Below, piece after piece: positions 18,968-28,100 of a stretch of DNA of 64,000 bases. The translations under genes and the position numbers were made by a program. The number at the start of each line of letters is the position of its first letter. The first letter of the stretch is position 1. The notes beneath the pieces are model-generated. The model worked only from the letters and a program-made list of their open reading frames with translations. It was not told the origin of the DNA and did no database searches. This stretch comes from Candidatus Gottesmanbacteria bacterium RIFCSPLOWO2_01_FULL_43_11b (lineage in GTDB: Bacteria > Patescibacteriota > Microgenomatia > UBA10105 > UBA927): the NCBI GenBank assembly GCA_001780985.1, contig MFJV01000001.1, positions 835,497 to 899,496 on the forward strand, read 5' to 3'.

Positions 18968-20238
18968 TGAATAAAACATTTCTACTTATTATCATACTCT
19001 TCGCCGCACTATTTCTTCGGTTTCATAACTATTCCGTTTATCCGCAGAGAGGCGCAACCAGTGACGAATACACGTATGCATTTTTGGGTTTAAGTTTAAT
19101 GGAGAATGGAATTCCTACGTCCTGGTCATATTTTGGGGAATATACGGACCGCCAAGATATGAATATTGATGGCACACTATTCCCGATGGTAACTCCATAT
19201 TTTGATCACCCACCACTTGCAGGTCTTATTATTGGTGGCTGGAGTCGAATCAGGGGGGAAGAAACATTTGCCAAAGTGAAGCTCTCAACTATACGGATAA
19301 TTCCGATTCTCTTTTCAATGGTGTCTGCGGTGTTACTCTATATGCTGGCAAAAAACCTCTATGGCAGTAGAGTTGGACTTTGGTCACTTGCAATTTATTC
19401 AGTTTCCCCGCTTTTTGCAGTAAGTCACAGGGTAGCTGTCTCCGAAAATATTTTGACTACATTCTTCCTTGCTGCACTTACTATTTATAGCGGGTGGAAG
19501 AAACGGGTGTCGACACCCCTGATGGTACAACTCGGAATTCTGTCCGGGCTTGGATTTTGGACGAAAGAGACCGGCGTTGTTATTTTTCTCTCAATTTTTT
19601 TTCTTCTTTTTATTCAGGGCGAGAGATTTAAGATGATTGCACAATTTACGTTAGTTTTTTTGCTTTTTATACTCGCATATATTGCGTATGGGTATGCGTA
19701 TGACGGGCAACTGTTTTGGAAGATTATTGGGCTTCAGTCTGCTCGTGAAATCGGTCCTGCTTCGCTTTGGTATTTAATTTCTACTCCTATAATTATCAAT
19801 AAAGTGTACCATGACGGTTGGTATTATTTCGGGCTTTTGAGCATATTTGTTCTGGCTTGGGAAAAGAAACATGCAGCAGTCTTCATTCCATTTCTTACGT
19901 ATTTTACCTTCCTTATTATATCGCTCACGAAAGAAGGTCAGTCCGGCTGGTATCTAATTCCTTTGTTTCCGTTCCTTGCTATTGCAGCAGGATATACTCT
20001 CGCCACAAGCATTGAACAACGGTCGCTATATTTTTTAATTTTCGTTCTTTTTATCGGACTATTTCTTGTACAGCAACTGTTCATTCCCGCGTTCGGACTC
20101 GTACCCTTCCAATTCCGATTTTTGGTTGGTATACTCATAGTACTGGCCGTAGCGCTCAGGCGCCTTCAATCAGTGTGGGCGGTTGCCTTGATTGTTGGAA
20201 CAGCAGTAGTGACACTTCTCTACGTGCATCCAGCATAA
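18964..20238 (+). CDS. ArnT/PMT-family GT-C glycosyltransferase
   Basis: TSDEYTYAFLGLSL and FDHPPLAGLI motifs. About 11 TM helices. ATGATGA junction with the upstream gene. Confidence 0.8.
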   Translation: MMNKTFLLIIILFAALFLRFHNYSVYPQRGATSDEYTYAFLGLSLMENGIPTSWSYFGEYTDRQDMNIDGTLFPMVTPYFDHPPLAGLIIGGWSRIRGEETFAKVKLSTIRIIPILFSMVSAVLLYMLAKNLYGSRVGLWSLAIYSVSPLFAVSHRVAVSENILTTFFLAALTIYSGWKKRVSTPLMVQLGILSGLGFWTKETGVVIFLSIFFLLFIQGERFKMIAQFTLVFLLFILAYIAYGYAYDGQLFWKIIGLQSAREIGPASLWYLISTPIIINKVYHDGWYYFGLLSIFVLAWEKKHAAVFIPFLTYFTFLIISLTKEGQSGWYLIPLFPFLAIAAGYTLATSIEQRSLYFLIFVLFIGLFLVQQLFIPAFGLVPFQFRFLVGILIVLAVALRRLQSVWAVALIVGTAVVTLLYVHPA

Positions 20239-20244
20239 ATATAT

Positions 20245-21189
20245 ATGAAAACTATTTTGGTTACCGGCGGGGGAGGATTTATCGGATCACACCTTTGTGA
20301 AAAACTCCTGGAGCAAGAATATAAAGTTATTTGTCTCGATAATTTTAGAACAAGCAAAAAACGAAATATTGACGAGTTAATTAATAACCCCAACTTTAGG
20401 CTTATTGAAGCAGACACGAGAGATGTTGGAGTTTCCAATCTTCCATTTTCAGAAAAACTTGACGAAATTTACGATCTGGCTAGCCCGGCATCAGTAACCT
20501 ACATTATGGAACACCCTGTGGAGGTAGCGACGGTTAACGCTATTGGTACCAAGAATATGCTTGATATCGCAAAATCTATGGGAGCAAAGTTTCTTTTTGC
20601 ATCAACATCGGAAGCGTACGGCGATCCTAAAGAACATCCGCAGAAAGAATCGTATTGGGGGAACGTTAATCCTATAGGCGCACGATCCGGTTATGACGAG
20701 GGGAAGCGTTTCGGTGAGACACTAACAATGGCATATCACAGAGAACATGGGCTTGACGGTAAAATTGTACGCATATTCAATACCTATGGGCCAAAGTCAG
20801 ATCCTGATGATACCCGAGTGATTCCTCAGTTTGTTACAAACGCACTACGCAGTAAGCCTCTCCCCATACACGGTGACGGTATGCAAACACGATCGTTTTG
20901 TTACGTCAGCGATATGGTAGACGGTATTATTAAAATGATGAACAGCGACCAAATCGGACCAATAAATCTCGGGAACCCCGACGAGTATAAAATTATCGAC
21001 GTAGCTAAAAAAATAATCTCTCTTACAAGCTCGACTTCAAAAATAGAATTCGTCAATCGCCCTCCCGATGACCCTTCAGTGCGAAAACCAGATATAAGCC
21101 TCGCGAAACAGTTATTAAATTGGGAGCCAAAAATTAAACTTGAAGAAGGATTAGCCTTAACTATTGAATACTTCCGCTCCTTACTTTAA
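20245..21189 (+). CDS. UDP-glucuronate decarboxylase (UDP-xylose synthase family SDR)
   Basis: TGGGGFIGSH Rossmann motif. STSEAYGDPKEHPQKESYWGNVNPIGARSGYDEGKRFGE is the UXS/ArnA-decarboxylase signature. Confidence 0.85.
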   Translation: MKTILVTGGGGFIGSHLCEKLLEQEYKVICLDNFRTSKKRNIDELINNPNFRLIEADTRDVGVSNLPFSEKLDEIYDLASPASVTYIMEHPVEVATVNAIGTKNMLDIAKSMGAKFLFASTSEAYGDPKEHPQKESYWGNVNPIGARSGYDEGKRFGETLTMAYHREHGLDGKIVRIFNTYGPKSDPDDTRVIPQFVTNALRSKPLPIHGDGMQTRSFCYVSDMVDGIIKMMNSDQIGPINLGNPDEYKIIDVAKKIISLTSSTSKIEFVNRPPDDPSVRKPDISLAKQLLNWEPKIKLEEGLALTIEYFRSLL

Positions 21190-22412
21190 TGCGTAAGACA
21201 TTATCATTTCTCACTATCATGGTAGGTGGTCATGGGTTTGCTAATATCGGTGCGTACTTTTACCACCTTTTCATGGGTCGACTTCTGATTCCTTCTGATT
21301 ACGGTGCTCTTCAGAGCCTCATATCTCTTTCTAATATACTGAGCGTTCCGACAGTCACACTTAATACTGTCGTTGCCAAGTTTGTCTCTACCTATGTTGG
21401 CAAGGGCGAAAAAGAGATGATCTCATCTCTCTATTACCAACTTCGCAAATTTCTCTTTATTTTTCTGATTATCGGCGGGGCCCTGTTTCTTCTTTTTTCA
21501 AACCCCATCATGAAATTTTTACATCTTGAAAACTGGGTGAATGTACTTATTTTGGATCTTGCTCTTTTTCTGGGACTTATTAATTTTCTCAATCGTGCAA
21601 CTCTTCAAGGACTATCGCTTTTTGTACCGCTCACGATTACACAATTTATCGAAGCATTCGGCAAACTGATTTTTGGTGTTGTTGCGGTGTTGGCGGGCCT
21701 TCGGGTCCCCGGAGCTTTTGGCGCTTTTGTACTTGTGGTTTTTATATCATACGGCTATATGGTTACTGTGCTTCATAAAAAACTAGGAAAACCCTCTTAT
21801 AGACCATTACCCATACGGGCAATGGGACGCTATGCGATTCCGAGTGCACTCATGACGATTGGTGTAACAGCACTCTATAACACGGATGTTATTCTTGTCC
21901 GGCATTTTTTATCCGCGTATGAAGCGGGATTGTACGCTGCATTATCGGTGCTCGGAAAAATTATTTTTTTCGGAACTGCACCGGTTGTTACGACTATGTT
22001 CCCGCTTGTTTCAGAAGCACATGCACGAGGGGAGCGGTACCATAGAATATTTCTTTTGAGTCTTATGTTTCTTGTAGCAATTGCGGGTAGTGTTACGCTT
22101 CTTTTTACAATACTTCCAACATTTATGATGAAACTTCTTATAGGCAGTCAATATCTTGACGCAGCGGTCTACCTTGCCCCTTTTAGTCTATTTCTTTCTC
22201 TTTGTGCGGTTATTTATCTTTTTGTTAATTTTTTTCTGTCAATTCATCGTACTCGTGCTGTCTACGTTGTCGTTGCGGGTGCCATTGTTCAGGCTGTAGC
22301 ACTATCACTGTTTCACCCGGATATTTCAACGGTGATAACAATATCTCTTTCAGTAACGACTCTGTTAACGGTGATTTTGTCGTTTTACTATATCTCCGTT
22401 GCACGATCCTAA
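21189..22412 (+). CDS. polysaccharide/oligosaccharide flippase (Wzx-like, MOP superfamily)
   Basis: 407 aa with about 12 TM helices. Polysacc_synt-like N-terminal pattern (GGHGFANIGAYFYHLFMGRLL..DYGALQSL). Confidence 0.6.
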   Translation: MRKTLSFLTIMVGGHGFANIGAYFYHLFMGRLLIPSDYGALQSLISLSNILSVPTVTLNTVVAKFVSTYVGKGEKEMISSLYYQLRKFLFIFLIIGGALFLLFSNPIMKFLHLENWVNVLILDLALFLGLINFLNRATLQGLSLFVPLTITQFIEAFGKLIFGVVAVLAGLRVPGAFGAFVLVVFISYGYMVTVLHKKLGKPSYRPLPIRAMGRYAIPSALMTIGVTALYNTDVILVRHFLSAYEAGLYAALSVLGKIIFFGTAPVVTTMFPLVSEAHARGERYHRIFLLSLMFLVAIAGSVTLLFTILPTFMMKLLIGSQYLDAAVYLAPFSLFLSLCAVIYLFVNFFLSIHRTRAVYVVVAGAIVQAVALSLFHPDISTVITISLSVTTLLTVILSFYYISVARS

Positions 22413-22418
22413 TTTTTT

Positions 22419-23603
22419 ATGAGAATTTTATTTATTACCTCAACATTCCCACGGAGTATACACGATGATCAAGTTCCATGGCTGGCAGAATTCGTCCGTA
22501 AATTAAAAGAAAAGGGAGTACAACCGGTTGTTTATGCTCCTTCTTACAAAGGGCTTGCAACACATGAGTTTTTTGGCATTCCGGTTATCCGTTTCCGTTA
22601 CGGACCGAAAGAGCTGGAAATACTCACTCACGAGGAAGGGGCGATCTTTAAACTTCGTCAGAAGCCGTGGTTATTTATTCTTGCATTTTTTTATCTCTTG
22701 TTCGGAATCATCGGAATTTTCCGTCTCTCCCGTCACCATTCATTTGACGTTATTCATGTACAGTGGCCATTTCCGAACGGCATTTTCGGAATTGTTGCCA
22801 AGCGGTTGTTCCGAGCCAAACTTACCCTTACATTTCACGGAGCTGAATTTACTCTCGCTTCCCGCATTCCTCTAGGCGGATTTATCACAAAGACAATAAT
22901 GAAACAGGCCAACGCAATAATTGCAAACTCAACCTATACTAAAAATATGATTCAACACACCATACCCATGGATGTTTCTATTATTCCGTTTGGTTCCGCA
23001 ATTACGGGAACGACACAAGGCTATCATCAAGTACACAGGCAAGCAAAAGTGACGAATATTCTTTTTGTCGGACGATTTATCGAAAAAAAAGGTGTCACTT
23101 ATCTTATTGATGCAGCAGAAATTCTTCGTAAAAGACAGAAGTCGATTTCTCTTTCTATCGTCGGTTCCGGCGATCTAGCAGGGGAAATACGGAGTCAAAT
23201 TCATAGACTTGACTTAGACCAAATTATAAAAGTATATGAAAATCTCGATAAAGAGGAAATCGCTCAATTTTACAGGTGGTCAGACATTTTTGTGCTGCCG
23301 TCAATCGTAGACCGATGGAATGACACAGAGACCTTAGGCGTTGTACTTATAGAAGCAATGACTTTTGGAAAACCAGTTGTAGCATCCCGCGTTGGGGGCA
23401 TACCGGATGTTGTGAAACACAATAAAAACGGAATACTGGTTGCCGAAAAAGATCCGCAAGCGCTCGCTGATGCAATAGAGAAACTTATTCAGGAACCTGA
23501 ACTCCGCAGGAGGTTAGGAAGAAACGGACTGCAATTTGTGAAAAATCACTATAATTGGAAATCCATAATTGACAAAACAAGGCATCTTTATTTTTCACCA
23601 TGA
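22419..23603 (+). CDS. GT4 family glycosyltransferase
   Basis: VGRFIEKKGV..GSGDL.. and IEAMTFGKPVVASRVGGIPDVVKHNKNGILV. Confidence 0.85.
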   Translation: MRILFITSTFPRSIHDDQVPWLAEFVRKLKEKGVQPVVYAPSYKGLATHEFFGIPVIRFRYGPKELEILTHEEGAIFKLRQKPWLFILAFFYLLFGIIGIFRLSRHHSFDVIHVQWPFPNGIFGIVAKRLFRAKLTLTFHGAEFTLASRIPLGGFITKTIMKQANAIIANSTYTKNMIQHTIPMDVSIIPFGSAITGTTQGYHQVHRQAKVTNILFVGRFIEKKGVTYLIDAAEILRKRQKSISLSIVGSGDLAGEIRSQIHRLDLDQIIKVYENLDKEEIAQFYRWSDIFVLPSIVDRWNDTETLGVVLIEAMTFGKPVVASRVGGIPDVVKHNKNGILVAEKDPQALADAIEKLIQEPELRRRLGRNGLQFVKNHYNWKSIIDKTRHLYFSP

Positions 23604-25822
23604 AACAAAGAACTCATTTTATCCTCTTGTCTCTTGTTCTCCTCGCGTCTTTTTTAATTCGGACGATCGGCACGAAACCGGGATTTTGGGCTTACCATCC
23701 GGATGAACCTGCTACCTACGATTCCGCGATATCAATGATAATAAACGGTGACCTAAATCCGCGAAGATTTGATTATCCGGCGGGAGTGCCGTTAATCCAC
23801 ATGGCCGTTTTTCGGTCAATTTTTATTCCAATTAATTTTGTTAAATTAACCATTTCTGAGCCGCAAATGGTTATCTCAGCCCTCAAAAATTTTGAGGATT
23901 TTCCTAAAAACATAAGCGAGGAACTGTTTGGGAGACGCGGAGTAAATGCACTTTTTTGGTCACGCTACATTACTGCAGTCCTTGGAATGCTTTGCGTTGC
24001 TGCGATATACATGCTCTCCGCTATTTTATTCTCTCCTACTGTCGGACTCATAGCAGCATTTTTTCTCAGTTTTAATTATCTCCATGTTCTTCGAAGTCAT
24101 TTGGCTCTCACAGACATTCCCAACACTCTATTTACTCTTATTGCACTCATTGCAATCGCAAAACTTTTGAAGAAAGATTCACCCAAAAATTATTATTTAT
24201 CCGGCATAACCATCGGATTAGCATTCTCGGTAAAATTTCAGCTGTTCCTTATTTTTCCATACTTGCTTGTTCATCTTGTTTGGTCAATACGGAAAAAATC
24301 GTTTGCCAACTTTTTTCGAAAAGAAGTGTTCTTTTCAGCAATACTTGCAATCTTTACTTTTTTAATGATAAATCCATATCTACCGTTCCATTTAAAACCC
24401 GTACCTGTGGCCAGGCGAATTGATAGTTTCATTACAGCTAATGAAATAATAGCGAAGCGATACGCGTTTGGTTCCAACATATTTAATCCCTTCCCGATAT
24501 TTTATCTCTATAAATGGGGGATCGGAAAAGCATTGACGCTTTCAATTCTTGGTGGTGCTGCGTTGATGCTTTTTCAGTCACCGCTCCTTTTCTTTTTGCT
24601 TTTATCTATTATTTTTCCGTTCATGTACGCATTTGTGTACTACGGTGGGGCGGGCGCGGCATTTTATGTGCGTAATTTAGTTGCGATCGTGCCACTTCTT
24701 CTTGTTTTTTCTGCGTATTTCTATAGCAAATTATTTGCGTATGTGGGTAAAAGAGGGATATTGGTAAGTTTAATTCTTATTGGTGTTGCGTGGAGTCAGA
24801 TCACATCCTCAACAAAGCTAAGTTACTATTGGAGTAAACCGTGGTTATATATGCAAATGATTGATTGGGCATCCGATCATTTACCCAAAGATGCACGGTA
24901 CGAAGAAAGTTCAGGGATTGTTATGACGATTTTGAGAGATAAAGGTGGGTTCACTGATATCGACAATAGATGGGGGCGGGAGCAAATGAGCGTCGTATCC
25001 CTGGCTGAAATGGAAGAAGATGGTGCAGATTTCGGCATTCTTGTTTCTAATCAAATTCAAACTAGTTTTATCAGTTGGATGAATCCGTTAAGCTTTAGTG
25101 AGCTTCTTGATTATGATGATGTTTCTTTTAGTTTTCTCGATAACACCTATGTAGGACTATCCGTACATGAAATGCTTCAGAATAATGTTTATGAATTGCA
25201 CTATCCGATTTTTGTGCCGAATAACTTTATTTTTGTAACGAAGCTTCCGCTGAGTGTGGTTACACCTCTCGTGAGACACTACGCTTTCGAATTTAATGAA
25301 GCATCATCCATATGGGATGTAGATGGACTTACAGATAATGGAATGAGGGGTAAGTTTAGATGGAACGAAGGTAGCCTTATCATAGACGGAGCAGTTGGCC
25401 AAACAGCGCGTTTTACCTCACCAGTCTTGTCAGTAACTGAGGGAAAAACATATAAAATTATCGGAAGAGTGAAATATACCGATAACGTGCCAAAAGAGGA
25501 ACGGTCTGCATTTTTGAGAATAGACATGTATGCAAACAATCAAGAAGCGACTACCGAAGAAAAAGGTTCGCTCGTTACCGTTTCCGCACGAAGCTGGGGT
25601 GAACCCGGGTGGAAAGAAGTGAGTGTCCTGACGCCCAAGATTCCTAAAGGAATTAGTGTCATGAAAATAAGCTTTCAGACTCGAGGCAACAGTTCATACA
25701 AAGCATATCTTGATTCCGTGGAAGTTTGGGAAGTTAAACCTGGGGCGGAGCGGTACCCGGAAGTCCCTTATGTTCCCTATACCCTCCCACCACAATATTT
25801 TTACCCCAAGTCAGTTTTTTAA
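23600..25822 (+). CDS. GT-C (ArnT/PMT_2-like) glycosyltransferase fused to C-terminal beta-sandwich carbohydrate-binding-like domain, 740 aa
   Basis: N-terminal YHPDEPATYDSAI motif and about 12 TM helices. Soluble C-terminal ~300 aa (GKTYKIIGRVKYTD..FLRIDMYA..ISFQTRGNSSYKAYLDSVEVWEV) has a CBM4_9-like jelly-roll pattern. Paralog at 55871..58138. Confidence 0.75.
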   Translation: MKQRTHFILLSLVLLASFLIRTIGTKPGFWAYHPDEPATYDSAISMIINGDLNPRRFDYPAGVPLIHMAVFRSIFIPINFVKLTISEPQMVISALKNFEDFPKNISEELFGRRGVNALFWSRYITAVLGMLCVAAIYMLSAILFSPTVGLIAAFFLSFNYLHVLRSHLALTDIPNTLFTLIALIAIAKLLKKDSPKNYYLSGITIGLAFSVKFQLFLIFPYLLVHLVWSIRKKSFANFFRKEVFFSAILAIFTFLMINPYLPFHLKPVPVARRIDSFITANEIIAKRYAFGSNIFNPFPIFYLYKWGIGKALTLSILGGAALMLFQSPLLFFLLLSIIFPFMYAFVYYGGAGAAFYVRNLVAIVPLLLVFSAYFYSKLFAYVGKRGILVSLILIGVAWSQITSSTKLSYYWSKPWLYMQMIDWASDHLPKDARYEESSGIVMTILRDKGGFTDIDNRWGREQMSVVSLAEMEEDGADFGILVSNQIQTSFISWMNPLSFSELLDYDDVSFSFLDNTYVGLSVHEMLQNNVYELHYPIFVPNNFIFVTKLPLSVVTPLVRHYAFEFNEASSIWDVDGLTDNGMRGKFRWNEGSLIIDGAVGQTARFTSPVLSVTEGKTYKIIGRVKYTDNVPKEERSAFLRIDMYANNQEATTEEKGSLVTVSARSWGEPGWKEVSVLTPKIPKGISVMKISFQTRGNSSYKAYLDSVEVWEVKPGAERYPEVPYVPYTLPPQYFYPKSVF

Positions 25823-26323
25823 GTGATTAATAATTTCCTCAAGTACCATATTTTTTGGACGTTCGGCATCAATGGGGATTAGATGAAAGTGTTTGGCAAC
25901 CTCATTGTAGAATTCATGTTTTTTCCCATGGTACTCCTTGGAATGTTCTTTGTCTCTTGTGTATGAGATTTTGTCGGATAGACGTAAATGAAAAGCTATA
26001 TGAGCGATTGGAAAAGCAAAAAACCTCGGTAGTCTGCTTTGCTGTTTATGGGAAATTTTTACGAGCGTATCATAGAGAAACCTATCGAAAATAATAATGT
26101 CGTATTTTCCAATACTTCGCATGTACTGAAAAATAATCTGAATATAATCCTTTAGGTAAATTAGACTTCCAATACTAATTGAAACACCTCCAACTCCTGC
26201 TCCGATATGCGCGACATGAGCCGAGTGTCCTTGTTTTTTAAAATGATCTTTAAGGAGTGCGGCAATAGTCGACTTACCTGATCCGTCAACACCGCTGAGA
26301 GTAATAATTCTAGGTAGCAACAT
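25811..26323 (-). CDS. thymidylate kinase-like P-loop nucleotide kinase
   Basis: Walker A ITLSGVDGSGKST. DRFLYDT corresponds to the Tmk DRY/DRX motif. Start chosen at internal Met (MLLPRIITLSG) to limit overlap; the ORF-track Met at 26389 is also possible. Confidence 0.6.
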   Translation of the reverse strand: MLLPRIITLSGVDGSGKSTIAALLKDHFKKQGHSAHVAHIGAGVGGVSISIGSLIYLKDYIQIIFQYMRSIGKYDIIIFDRFLYDTLVKISHKQQSRLPRFFAFPIAHIAFHLRLSDKISYTRDKEHSKEYHGKKHEFYNEVAKHFHLIPIDAERPKNMVLEEIINHLKN

Positions 26324-27050
26324 AAAGTTTTTTATGGCGCTTCGGATAACACCAGACCCAGTCAATAAAAAAGTATGCAAACATCTCATTTACGATTTGA
26401 CCAAATCCCACTTGAAATATATCAGAGAATAACTTGTTGATGCGTATGGCAAGAAGTTCACTGGCTGCGATTTGGGAGTCATTATTGTTAAGTTTATTAC
26501 GTATTAACTCCAAGCCGGATTCCCAATGAAAACGACCTGCCTGGCTCTTTAAATATCCGTAATCAATTTTATTTTTCAGAATATTCTTTCCATAATATAT
26601 TTCCTCCGGTACTATACACATATTTTCAAACAAAGAATGAACGGCGATGATAAGAAGTTCGTCTTCAAGAGAGGGAAGGAAAACCTGCTGTTCTTTTCTT
26701 TTTCTGCTCCATAGTACGGATGAGTCAAGATAAGGAACTGTGTTCCAGGAAAAATATGCGTGCAGATGAATTTTGTATTTTTGCTGATCGTGAGAAAAAA
26801 AATCTTTATCCCGTTCGCGTATTTTTGATTTGTTGTTGTTCAACTTCCAGTCGTCTATTCGAAGAACGTCCGCAGCCTGAGAGTATTTCTGCGAATTGAT
26901 TACCACTAGATCTACATCATCGTCGTGAGAATACATTTTCATGCACAATGAGTCGATTCCGACCCCCGCCAAACGGTGTTGAAGTTCTGCTGCGAAGACA
27001 AATTTGTCAGAGTATTTTTTTATAGAGCGCTTCATATTTTTTAGCAACAT
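26310..27050 (-). CDS. hypothetical protein, possible nucleotidyltransferase-fold (MNT/LicD-like) enzyme
   Basis: YSHDDDVDLVVI resembles the [S]DxDhhh NTase-fold metal-binding strand. No other recognisable motif. Start ambiguous (44-nt overlap with upstream gene if 27050). Confidence 0.4.
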   Translation of the reverse strand: MLLKNMKRSIKKYSDKFVFAAELQHRLAGVGIDSLCMKMYSHDDDVDLVVINSQKYSQAADVLRIDDWKLNNNKSKIRERDKDFFSHDQQKYKIHLHAYFSWNTVPYLDSSVLWSRKRKEQQVFLPSLEDELLIIAVHSLFENMCIVPEEIYYGKNILKNKIDYGYLKSQAGRFHWESGLELIRNKLNNNDSQIAASELLAIRINKLFSDIFQVGFGQIVNEMFAYFFIDWVWCYPKRHKKLYVAT

Positions 27051-28062
27051 TATGTATGCTGAAATGTTTTTCTGCAGTCATTCTTGCATCGTTTGAATGC
27101 TTTTGGAATGAGTTAAGCGTTTTCATGATGACAGTTAAAAAAGCTTCGGCGGAATTTTGTGAAGGTGTAAGAACACCCGGAAGAATAGTAAGTTCTCCAA
27201 GCGGACCAATACTTGAAATGACAACAGGTGTTGCAGAAGCGAGAGACTCCAATAGAACGAGCGGGTAGTCAAATTTTTCAGTAACCGCAGTTGCCGGAAA
27301 AACAACAAGCTTTGTTTTGCCTAAGAGTTTTGGCATATCTTCGACGACGTCAACAAACGTGACGCGGTCAGACTTTGCATATTTTTGTTTCAATTTTTGA
27401 ACCAATTTTTTTTCCTCAGCTGGTTTGCGTATTGTCCGAAAACCGGTGATTATTTGATAATCGGGTAGGGATATAAGAAGTAAATCGATAAGTTTATTTA
27501 CTATAGCATAACTTTTTTGTCTGTGGAGTTCTCCCAAAAACGCGATGATATTTTCTTTTTTTGTTGCTTTAAAGATTTCCAGAGGTACAGCAGGCGGAAT
27601 TACGCTAGCTCGAATCCCGTTGCCATTAAGTATATTCGCAGTGGTTTGAGAAAAACACACGACTTCGTCGCCAAAAACAGTAAAAGATAACACATGATAT
27701 TTTGAAAGTGCCGAAACTGTCTGGATTATTTTGAACCCTCTGATGATTTTTAGTGTTTTTATCACGAAACCAGTAAGAGGCGTGAACACAAATAAAGAAT
27801 GAAAGTGCTTAACATCAGTCCTCAGTAGGTACCAGAATAATCTGAGCTTGCTTTGGAGTGTTAATGCTTTTGTTATGTGAATTGGGATTTGGGTTACATG
27901 AGAAGGAAGTTTCGGTAAACGTGTTGATGTGGTGAGTAAGAGAAATTGAATATTCGGAATGTGAATGTGCGTTGCGAGATATACGGCGAAATTTTTGCTT
28001 GCTTCGTCCCATGGCGGAGCAATCGGACGAGTTAAAAAGACCATCTTTTTCATTTGCGCCAT
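27007..28062 (-). CDS. GT4-like (GT-B fold) glycosyltransferase, divergent
   Basis: C-terminal VVFPATAVTEKFDYPLVLLESLASATPVVISSIGPLGEL resembles a degenerate Glycos_transf_1 motif. Confidence 0.55.
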   Translation of the reverse strand: MAQMKKMVFLTRPIAPPWDEASKNFAVYLATHIHIPNIQFLLLTTSTRLPKLPSHVTQIPIHITKALTLQSKLRLFWYLLRTDVKHFHSLFVFTPLTGFVIKTLKIIRGFKIIQTVSALSKYHVLSFTVFGDEVVCFSQTTANILNGNGIRASVIPPAVPLEIFKATKKENIIAFLGELHRQKSYAIVNKLIDLLLISLPDYQIITGFRTIRKPAEEKKLVQKLKQKYAKSDRVTFVDVVEDMPKLLGKTKLVVFPATAVTEKFDYPLVLLESLASATPVVISSIGPLGELTILPGVLTPSQNSAEAFLTVIMKTLNSFQKHSNDARMTAEKHFSIHNVAKKYEALYKKIL

Positions 28063-28071
28063 ACCTCAAAA

Positions 28072-28080
28072 TGGTACAAT
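28072..28080 (+). promoter_or_regulatory. extended -10 promoter-like element (TGGTACAAT) in divergent intergenic region
   Basis: 38-bp divergent gap between the 27007..28062(-) start and the 28101(+) start. TGnTAnAAT match lies 20 nt upstream of the ATG. Confidence 0.3.
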
Positions 28081-28100
28081 AAGAACAAGAGTTACACAAC

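Noticed and set aside
22528-22875. 115-aa alternative-frame ORF within the GT4 gene 22419..23603
   Set aside because: Same-strand out-of-frame overlap with a gene showing clear GT4 motifs. No independent signal.
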